From Macrostomum lignano (taxonomy: Eukaryota): 31,530 bases of DNA. A program made the translations under genes and the position numbers. Below, in pieces: positions 22,674-31,530 of this stretch. Under the pieces are notes generated by a model. That model had not been told where the DNA came from. It ran no database searches and worked only from the letters and a program-made list of their open reading frames with translations. Position 1 is the first letter of the stretch. Each line of letters begins with the position of its first letter. The stretch is from positions 308,359-339,888 of the forward strand of contig NIVC01000927.1 in assembly GCA_002269645.1 (NCBI GenBank). Direction: 5' to 3'.

Positions 22674-23324
22674 TAGTGTCTGTGTCTGTCTACAATGCCT
22701 ATAATACTACTGCAAGTAGTTAACCGTAGCATTACAAAACCAGTCCAGTGCAGCAAGCATTTCAAAGCTCCCGTGCCTCTTGGCGACCGTCAGTCTGGCT
22801 GAGACTAAAATAAGTTGAAAGCGCGCAAGACAAAAAAATGCAGAGCCATTCGTCACAGCTCCGCTCGGAATCTGCGTGTCCCCTCCCCACTTGAATTTAA
22901 CTGGTTGTTGCGCGATGACGGCGTCTCCATCATCGGTCGCGGTTTGTATTCGACAAGGACACATACTTGGATTGCAGCAAAGGGCAACTGGAAGAGATAA
23001 GAGTGAAAGAGCGCGATTTAACGCCAAGGATGCGCAAACTGCACGCACTGTGCACAATTGGGAATACACTGTAGTGCCTGTGTAGCATTGGAAAGTAAAA
23101 ACCATAGCTGACTGGATGCAATGCCAGTTCTGCTTTCCATCTCTTCTCTCTCCCCTTTCACGTGTGCATGTGTACGAGTCAAGCTTTTCTGTTGCACATT
23201 TCGCCATCCTGTCTGCGTATCCTTTGTGCTGCCCGTATTCGCAGCTGCGTGTGCCTCTCATCTTTGATTGATTTCTGTAGAATTGTAAGGGCTGGCTGCA
23301 ATTCTGCACTGCTGTGCACAGCCC

Positions 23325-23817
23325 TCTGTAATGCCTGATCACACAGTCTTCTGTAGTGCCTGATCACACAGTCTTCTGTAATGCCTGATCACACAGTCTT
23401 CTGTAATGCCTGATCACACAGTCTTCTGTAATGCCTGATCACACAGTCTTCTGTAATGCCTGATCACACAGTCTTCTGTAATGCCTGATCACACAGTCTT
23501 CTGTAATGCCTGATCACACAGTCTTCTGTAATGCCTGATCACACAGTCTTCTGTAATGCCTGATCACAGTCTTCTGTAATGCCTGATCACACAGTCTTCT
23601 GTAATGCCTGATCACACAGTCTTCTGTAATGCCTGATCACACAGTCTTCTGTAATGCCTGATCACACAGTCTTCTGTAATGCCTGATCACAGTCTTCTGT
23701 AATGCCTGATCACACAGTCTTCTGTAATGCCTGATCACACAGTCTTCTGTAATGCCTGATCACACAGTCTTCTGTAATGCCTGATCACACAGTCTTCTGT
23801 AATGCCTGATCACACAG
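23325..23817. repeat. 25-bp minisatellite, ~20 copies
   Basis: Unit GCCTGATCACACAGTCTTCTGTAAT, with two units lacking one CA. Confidence 0.97.
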
Positions 23818-24203
23818 CCCTCTGCATGGTCACTCCACGCTGTCTCCGCCACAACGCATTCTGCTGTTTGCAATCTGTGTACTTTTTCAGCCACAAGGCC
23901 ACTTTTTACTGCAGTTGTAAATCACTGGCAAACTGCTGCTGCTGCTGCTGCAAAACTTTCCACCTATTTGCTACGTTACGAGCAATAGAAGCAATATTCA
24001 CTGCTGGTTTCGCCAGAATAAATACTTTTTATAATAGCGCTGCAGATTAAAGCGGTTGCATGAGCCGATTAATAAGCGTCCCATTAAGTTGCGCGCTACC
24101 TCAATGCCTTCGAAATTCCCTTTGGAATTTCATATTTTTCTTGCATTTTGATTTTTGTTACCTTTGAATAACTTTTAGCTTTGTCGTATTTACTTCTTTA
24201 ATT

Positions 24204-25577
24204 GTTCAGGTCTGGCCAATAGCACCTGTTCCTGATTGTTCAGGTCCGGCCAATAGCACCTGTTCCTGATTGTTCAGGTCCGGCCAATAGCACCTGTTCC
24301 TGATTGTTCAGGTCCGGCCAATAGCACCTGTTCCTGATTGTTCAGGTCCGGCCAATAGCACCTGTTCCTGATTGTTCAGGTCCGGCCAACAGCACCTGTC
24401 CCTGATTGTTCAGGTCTGGCCAACAGTACCTGCTCCTGATTGTTCAGGTCTGGCTAACAGCACCTGTTCCTGATTGTTCAGGTCTGGCCAACAGTACCTG
24501 CTCCTGATTGTTCAGGTCTGGCTAACAGCACCTGTTCCTGATTGTTCAGGTCTGGCCAACAGTACCTGTTCCTGATTGTTCAGGTCTGGCCAACAGTACC
24601 TGCTCCTGATTGTTCAGGTCCGGCCAACAGTACCTGCTCCTGATTGTTCAGGTCCGGCCAACAGTACCTGCTCCTGATTGTTCAGGTCTGGCCAACAGGA
24701 CCTGCTCCTGAGTGTTCAGGTCTGGCTAACAGCACCTGTTCCTGATTGTTCAGGTCTGGCCAACAGTACCTGCTCCTGATTGTTCAGGTCTGGCCAACAG
24801 TACCTGCTCCTGATTGTTCAGGTCTGGCCAACAGTACCTGTTCCTGATTGTTCAGGTCTGGCCAACAGTACCCGTTCCTGAGTGTTCAGGTCTGGCCAAC
24901 AGCACCCGTTCCTGAGTGTTCAGGTCTGGCCAACAGCACCCGTTCCTGAGTGTTCAGGTCTGGCCAACAGCACCTGTCCCTGATTGTTCAGGTCTGGCCA
25001 ACAGTACCTGTTCCTGATTGTTCAGGTCTGGCCAACAGTACCTGTTCCTGATTGTTCAGGTCTGGCCAACAGCACCTGTTCCTGATTGTTCAGGTCTGGC
25101 CAACAGTACCTGTTCCTGATTGTTCAGGTCTGGCCAACAGTACCTGTTCCTGATTGTTCAGGTCTGGCCAACAGCACCTGTTCCTGATTGTTCAGGTCTG
25201 GCCAACAGTACCTGTTCCTGAGTGTTCAGGTCCGGCCAACAGTACCTGTCCCTGATTGTTCAGGTCTGGCCAACAGTACCTGCTCCTGATTGTTCAGGTC
25301 TGGCCAACAGTACCTGTTCCTGATTGTTCAGGTCTGGCCAACAGCACCTGTTCCTGATTGTTCAGGTCTGGCCAACAGTACCTGTTCCTGAGTGTTCAGG
25401 TCTGGCCAACAGTACCTGTTCCTGAGTGTTCAGGTCTGGCCAACAGCACCTGTCCCTGATTGTTCAGGTCTGGCCAACAGTACCTGCTCCTGAGTGTTCA
25501 GGTCTGGCCAACAGTACCTGTTCCTGATTGTTCAGGTCTGGCCAACAGCACCTGTCCCTGATTGTTCAGGTCTGGCC
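24204..25577. repeat. 34-bp minisatellite, ~40 copies
   Basis: Unit TGTTCAGGTCTGGCCAACAGTACCTGTTCCTGAT, with an internal inverted CAGGT...ACCTG around TGGCCA. Confidence 0.97.
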
Positions 25578-26089
25578 TCCTTAATTGCTTTCAGGCCATA
25601 CAATATACAGGCAATACACTGCAGACGCTAGGCATCAAGCAAATGAAATCGGTCTGACCCCTGTCTTCTTGAGTTTTCTATTGACGAGATTTCGGCCCAG
25701 CCGAGGCACTGCCAGATGGGCCAATCCTTTTGGGAATAAAATAGAGCCAAGGCGCAGAAGTCGCAGTTTCTGCATAAAACTTCCATTTTTTCTCCATACT
25801 TTTATTCTACACCTTTCCTAGCCGAGTCGCAATCCCCATCTTAAATGTTCCTCTTTAATATTCACCCACAGTCATAACCGTATTCGTGAAAAAAGCACAA
25901 CTGCGTCGAAAGATGACTTGGAAATGATTAAACGATTCGTTTGAAAATCCGCAAGACGATACGGAGCGAAGCTTCTTTGAGGGTCAGACAGTCGGGACAC
26001 CACTAAGCTGGGGCTGTAATACGCAATTAGACTTAGTTCGTTCGCTAAAGAGCCCTGAGCTTTGAGCTTTAAGGATACTAGAATAGCCC

Positions 26090-27058
26090 CAAGCGGTAAC
26101 TGACACAATCATGTTTCAGATCGGGATGCCACAATGACCCGAAGCGGTAACTGACACAATCATGTTTCAGATCGGGATGCCACAATGACCCGAAGCGGTA
26201 ACTGACACAATCATGTTTCAGGTGGGGATGCTACAATAACCCGAAGCGGTAACTGACACAATCATGTTTCAGATCGGGATGCCACAATGACCCGAAGCGA
26301 TAACTGACACAATCATGTTTCAGATCGGGATGCCACAATGACCCGAAGCGGTAACTGACACAATCATGTTTCAGATCGGGATGCCACAATGACCCGAAGC
26401 GGTAACTGACACAATCATGTTTCAGATCGGGATGCCACAATGACCCGAAGCGGTAACTGACACAATCATGTTTCAGGTGGGGATGCTACAATAACCCGAA
26501 GCGGTAACTGACACAATCATGTTTCAGATCGGGATGCCACAATGACCCGAAGCGATAACTGACACAATCATGTTTCAGATCGGGATGCCACAATGACCCG
26601 AAGCGGTAACTGACACAATCATGTTTCAGATCGGGATGCCACAATGACCCGAAGCGGTAACTGACACAATCATGTTTCAGGTGGGGATGCTACAATAACC
26701 CGAAGCGGTAACTGACACAATCATGTTTCAGGTGGGGATGCCACAATGACCCGAAGCGGTAACTGACACAATCATGTTTCAGATCGGGATGCCACAATGA
26801 CCCGAAGCGATAACTGACACAATCATGTTTCAGATCGGGATGCCACAATGACCCGAAGCGGTAACTGACACAATCATGTTTCAGATCGGGATGCCACAAT
26901 GACCCGAAGCGGTAACTGACACAATCATGTTTCAGGTGGGGATGCTACAATAACCCGAAGCGGTAACTGACACAATCATGTTTCAGATCGGGATGCCACA
27001 ATGACCCGAAGCGGTAACTGACACAATCATGTTTCAGGTGGGGATGCTACAAAGACCC
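26090..27058. repeat. 51-bp minisatellite, ~19 copies, with 255-bp higher-order structure
   Basis: Unit GAAGCGGTAACTGACACAATCATGTTTCAGATCGGGATGCCACAATGACCC. Confidence 0.97.
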
Positions 27059-27827
27059 GCATTCATTGTAGCTCTTTGTACGTACCAGGGCAGTAGGTTA
27101 GAATTTGCGGCACCCCTTCAGAGCATTTTTCATAGCTAGAAAATAAACAAGAATTGACGAAGTATTTAGTGCGCATCTTTTTATATACGCCTTCCCTCCT
27201 ATACACCTACCAAGGGACAAAGCAATGTCGAAGACAGACAAAACCAGCTTGGATGCCGCCAGTCATGGTGTCCGTGGTTGGAGGGAGGAAAATTATCAAG
27301 CGTTTGCAAGTTCCGCTGTTCAACGGCACCAACTGCACAGAACTATGGGGGGGGGTTATTGCCGGGCGCAGAAGACTAAATTGATGGCTCGAGTGGCTTC
27401 ATGGGGACCCTGAGTGTAGGGGGGGGGGCAAGGATAGGTGAGGGGGGTCGGCTGGCTGTCTTGCCGCGCTATTTGTACTTTTTTCATATCCGGCCGAAAC
27501 AATTGCAGGAAAAGAAGGGGCGGAGAACTTGATGCAGCTGGTCCCAGCAGCCTACATGGTGCTTCCAGCTGTCTGGGATGGGCTGCTGCTGGAAATTCCC
27601 CAGCCCCCAACAATTCTGCCCAAGCCAATCCCTGGTCCCAGGGCTGGCTTTCTCGGCCTCAGCCCCGGAGCCTCGCTGTTGGCATTCCCAACTTGGCCGA
27701 CCCCGCCTCTCTCAGTCTGCAGGCAAAGCTGCCCGGGCAACAGCAGTTATCAAGGCTTACGGGACGGCTAATGCGGTAGAAGGGCTTCCAATTTCACTGT
27801 TCAAAGCGGCGCAGCTTAGTAACAAAG

Positions 27828-28143
27828 ATGGAGAGCAGCAGAGGGCGAGCTGCTGGGAAGATATCCCGCTACTATGTGAACGTAGGTTGCGATCAGCACC
27901 AGCACCAGCACCAGCACCAGCACCAGCACCAGCACCAGCACCAGCACCAGCACGCAGCTTCGTCGACAGCCGAGTCTCGCCACGTGAGCGTGTTTGTCAC
28001 CTTCCTGTCGTCGACTGGCAGCTGCGAAGATGGCGAAGGCGCCGCCTCCTGCCAGCTGCGACAGCGTCAGCAGCGGCTCCGCCAGAAAGGGCAGCGGCCC
28101 GCCTCGGTGCATTGCCACCACCGGCTGGAGGGCGTCCAGGCGG
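27828..28143 (+). CDS. Orphan spliced gene, first coding exon (MESSRG...YYVNV...(QH)10...GVQAG)
   Basis: ATG in AAGATGG context with an in-frame TAG upstream (27777-27779). Donor GCGG|GTAAGT in phase 1 matches the acceptor TTGACAG|GT at 28217 (74-nt intron). Confidence 0.65.
27894..27953. repeat. (CAGCAC)10 coding repeat (Gln-His)
   Basis: Perfect hexamer run inside the exon. Confidence 0.95.
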
Positions 28144-28217
28144 GTAAGTAACTGGTGGATGAGCGATTCGACGTTTCACTCCTTCCTAACCTTCTCATCG
28201 TTGGCTCCAATTGACAG

Positions 28218-29105
28218 GTGCGAAAGCGGAACTGAAAGAAGTTGTCATTAATAATCAGCACGCTGGATTCGAATTTGATATGCCTCGGAAACAGAAAATC
28301 GATCAGCAGAAGAACCAAGACTTGAGTCAGCAAAAGAACCAAGACTTGAGTCAGCAAAAGAACCAAGACTTGAGTCAGCAAAAGAACCAAGACTTGAGTC
28401 AGCAAAAGAACCAAGACTTGAGTCAGCAAAAGAACCAAGACTTGAGTCAGCAAAAGAACCAAGACTTGAGTCAGACAAAGAGCCAAGACTTGAGTCAGAC
28501 AAAGAACCAAGACTTGAGTCAGACAAAGAACCAAGACTTGAGTCAGCAAAAGAACCAAGACTTGAGTCAGACAAAGAACCAAGACTTGAGTCCGAAGAAG
28601 AACCAAGACTTAGGTCAGCAAAAGAACCAAGACTTGAGTCAGCAAAAGAACCAAGACTTGAGTCAGACAAAGAGCCAAGACTTGAGTCAGCAAAAGAACC
28701 AAGACTTGAGTCAGAGAAAGAGCCAAGACTTGAGTCAGCAAAAGAACCAAGACTTGAGTCAGCAAAAGAACCAAGACTTAGGTCAGCAAAAGAACCAAGA
28801 CTTGAGTCAGGAAAGGAACCAAGACTTAGGTCAGCAAAAGAACCAAGACTTGAGTCAGGAAAGGAACCAAGACTTAGGTCAGCAAAAGAACCAAGACTTG
28901 AGTTCGAAGAAGAACCAAGACTTGAGTCAGAGAAAGAGCCAAGACTTGAGTCAGCAAAAGAACCAAGACTTGAGTCAGCAAAAGAACCAAGACTTGAGTC
29001 AGCAAAAGAACCAAGACTTGAGTCAGACAAAGAACCAAGACTCGATTCAATCAAGCAATGAGGTCTCAACAGAAAATCAGCGACAGAACCACAAAGATAT
29101 TCCAG
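28218..29105 (+). CDS. Orphan gene exon 2, carrying 31 copies of QQKNQDLS
   Basis: Open frame continuous with exon 1. Ends at a strong donor CCAG|GTGAGC in phase 1. Confidence 0.65.
28304..29047. repeat. 24-bp coding minisatellite, 31 copies
   Basis: Unit CAGCAAAAGAACCAAGACTTGAGT. No indels or in-frame stops across the array. Confidence 0.97.
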
Positions 29106-29363
29106 GTGAGCGTATATTGAGACACCATTAAAGTAGATAAATGGGAATGAGATCTAATAAAATGCACTGTTGCGAAAGATTTATGATATTTAAAATATTA
29201 AGAGGAGAGTGAGATCGATTTCTTTCATAAGGAGATTCTTAAAATGCAAAAAAATGAAAACTGAGAGTAGAGATGAGAGACAATGATGAGAAGAAGATTA
29301 GAGAAGAAGAGACTGAGAGATGAGAAGGGGAGATAAGAGGAAAACAGAGATATACATGGTCGA

Positions 29364-29955
29364 TGGATATAAGGATTGTCAGAGAGGGATAGAAGGCTTG
29401 TCAGAGAGGGATATAAGGCTTGTCAAATAGGGATAGAAGGCTTGTCAGAGAGGGATAGAAGGCTTTTCAGAGAGGGATAGAAGGCTTGTCAGAGAGGGAT
29501 AGAAGGCTTGTCAGAGAGGGATAGAAAGCTTGTCAGAGAGGGATATAAGGCTTGTCAGAGAGGGATAGAAGGCTTGTCAGAGAGGGATAGAAGGCTTTTC
29601 AGAGAGGGATAGAAGGCTTGTCAGAGAGGGATAGAAGGCTTGACAGAGAGGGATATAAGGCTTGTCAGAGAGGGATATAAGGCTTGTCAGAGAGGGATAG
29701 AAGGCTTGTCAGAGAGGGATAGAAGGCTTGTCAGAGAGGAAATAAGGCTTGTCAGAGAGGGATAGAAGGCTTGTCAGAGAGGGATAGAAGGCTTGTCAGA
29801 GAGGGATATAAGGCTTGTCAGAGAGGGATAGAAGGCTTGTCAGAGAGGGATAGAAGGCTTGTCAGAGAGGGATATAAGGCTTGTCAGAGAGGGATAGAAG
29901 GCTTGTCAGAGAGGGATATAAGGCTTGTCAGTGAAATAGAGGGCTTGTCAGAAGG
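29364..29955. repeat. 22-bp intronic minisatellite, ~26 copies
   Basis: Unit GCTTGTCAGAGAGGGATAGAAG. Confidence 0.96.
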
Positions 29956-30040
29956 ATAGAAAGATAGAACAGCTGCATGCATCAGATATAAGAGAAGTTC
30001 GACTTCAACCAACTCTCTCCACTCCACTCACCCGCCTCAG

Positions 30041-30177
30041 CCAAATCTACTGACTCGCTGAGTCCTGAGTGCAAGACGACAGCTGAAACCGAAAATGAGG
30101 CAGCGACTGCGACACCTTCAAACTCTGAGACGTTGGACAGCGCTGTCACCGACCTTAGGAGAGCTTCGCTTATTTCA
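30041..30177 (+). CDS. Orphan gene exon 3 (AKSTDSLSPEC...RRASLIS); donor at 30177 or 30229
   Basis: Acceptor CCGCCTCAG|CC fits phase 1 and only that frame is open. Two candidate donors: TCA|GTGAGA (phase 0) and TCTG|GTGAAA (phase 1). Confidence 0.5.
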
Positions 30178-30253
30178 GTGAGACTCCAGAGGCTGAGATT
30201 GAAAAGTATCCATTGTTACTTTTGGTCTGGTGAAATTGTCTAAACACCATATT

Positions 30254-30802
30254 GCGAATCTCCCCCTCTCTAAATACCCCTACTGCTAATCTCCCCCTCT
30301 CTAAATACCCCTACTGCTAATCTCCCCCTCTCTAAATACCCCTACTGCTAATCTCCCCCTCTCTAAATACCCCTACTGCTAATCTCCCCCTCTCTAAATA
30401 CCCCTACTGCTAATCTCCCCCTCTCTAAATACCCCTACTGCTAATCTCCCCCTCTCTAAATACCCCTACTGCTAATCTCCCCCCTCTCTAAATACCCCTA
30501 CTGCTAATCTCCCCCCTCTAAATATCCCTACTGCTAATCTCCCCCTCTCTAAATACCCTACTGCTAATCTCCCCCTCTATAAATACCCCTATGCTAATCT
30601 CCCCCTCTCTAATATCCCTACTGTTAATCTCCCCCTCTATAAATACCCCTACTTCGAATCTCCCTCCCCCTCTCTAAATACACTACTGCGAATCCCCCCT
30701 CTCTAAATACCCCACTGCTAATCTCCCCCTCTCTAAATACAACTACTGCTAATCTCCACCCTCTCTAAATACACCACTGCTAATCTTCCCCCCTCTAAAT
30801 AT
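30254..30802. repeat. 31-bp intronic minisatellite, ~17-18 copies
   Basis: Unit CTAATCTCCCCCTCTCTAAATACCCCTACTG. Confidence 0.96.
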
Positions 30803-30827
30803 CCCAAACTCACCACCATATTTTCAG

Positions 30828-30967
30828 AGCTGCAGCAGCGCAGGGACAGTCGAGTGCCAGGCGAATCCGAGCCGTGCGACTCCGAGGCTCTCCGGCAGCA
30901 CCTGATGAAGGAGCACGGGCAGCAGCTGGCGGCCGGGCTGCTGGCCGAGGCTTATCAGCAGCTGCTG
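30828..30967 (+). CDS. Orphan gene exon 4 (LQQRRDSR...ALRQHLMKEHGQQLAAGLLAEAYQQLL); gene continues beyond the window
   Basis: GC-rich island between arrays. Acceptor TTTTCAG| at 30827 (alternative CAG at 30835). Donor CTG|GTGAGG at 30968. Confidence 0.55.
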
Positions 30968-31029
30968 GTGAGGCAGTCAATATGGGAATCATTTAATAGG
31001 GAACAAGGGAATTAGAAAGATAAGACAGG

Positions 31030-31530
31030 TTTTGGGCGGAAAGAACTGGGAGGGAGTGGGCGGAAAGAACTGGAAGAGAGGGGCGGAAAGAACTGTGAGA
31101 GGGGCGAAAAGAACTGGGAGGGAGGGGCGGAAAGAACTGTGAGAGGGGGCGGAAAGAACTGGAAGAGAGGGGCGGAAAGAACTGTGAGAGGCGGAAAGAA
31201 CTGGGAGGAGGGGCGGAAAGAACTGTGAGAGGGGCGGAAAGAACTGGGAGGGAGGGGCGGAAAGAACTGTGAGGGAGGGGCGGAAAGAACTGGGAGGGAG
31301 GGGCGGAAAGAACTGGGAGGGAGGGGCGGAAAGAACTGGGAGGGAGGGCGGAAAGAACTGGGAGGGAGGGGCGGAAAGAACTGGGAGGGAGGGGCGGAAA
31401 GAACTGGGAGGGAGGGGCGGAAAGAACTGGGAGGGAGGGCGGAACGAAACTGGGAGGAGGGGCGGAAAGAACTGGGAGGGAGGGGCGGAAAGAACTGGGA
31501 GGGAGGCAGGGGCGGAAAGAACTGGGAGGG
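31030..31530. repeat. ~22-26-bp G-rich minisatellite running off the window end
   Basis: Unit GGGGCGGAAAGAACTGGGAGGGA with length variants. Confidence 0.95.

Noticed and set aside
22707-23342. 211-aa minus-strand ORF
   Set aside because: It starts inside the 25-bp array, has no recognisable motif and lacks the exon-like codon style. It could be UTR but is not supported as CDS.
27154-27779. Short ORFs upstream of the right-hand gene
   Set aside because: Several overlapping frames with no consistent splice path into the 27828 frame, which has an upstream in-frame stop. Treated as possible UTR.
28067-29069. Antisense ORFs SSLGSFAD and TQVLVLLL
   Set aside because: Other frames of the 24-bp repeat. 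Only the + QQKNQDLS frame has compatible splice sites.

Overview
Eukaryotic (animal-like) genomic DNA with AT-rich non-coding sequence and GC/CpG-rich exons. The style resembles a repeat-rich invertebrate such as a free-living flatworm, but this is an impression and not verified. The left ~12 kb is dominated by decayed and nested transposons: an RTE-type LINE remnant split by a TG...CA insertion, a MULE transposase pseudogene, four MITE-like elements with TIRs and TSDs, and a 1.4-kb polypyrimidine tract. A complete six-exon Rab GDP-dissociation inhibitor gene lies on + (8834-18339, 444 aa). It is followed by a CORE-type SINE, an intronless 344-aa orphan ORF on - (21185-22219), and the 5' part of a spliced + strand orphan gene (from 27828) with a QH run and 31 copies of an 8-aa repeat. 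From 12.4 kb onward roughly 9 kb is made of about 15 minisatellite arrays, mostly unrelated and usually filling an intron. Many units carry splice-signal-like motifs. This pattern and a CpA/TpG->TpA (RIP-like) decay pattern in the transposon remnants are the most unusual signals. No prokaryotic features or CRISPR arrays are supported.
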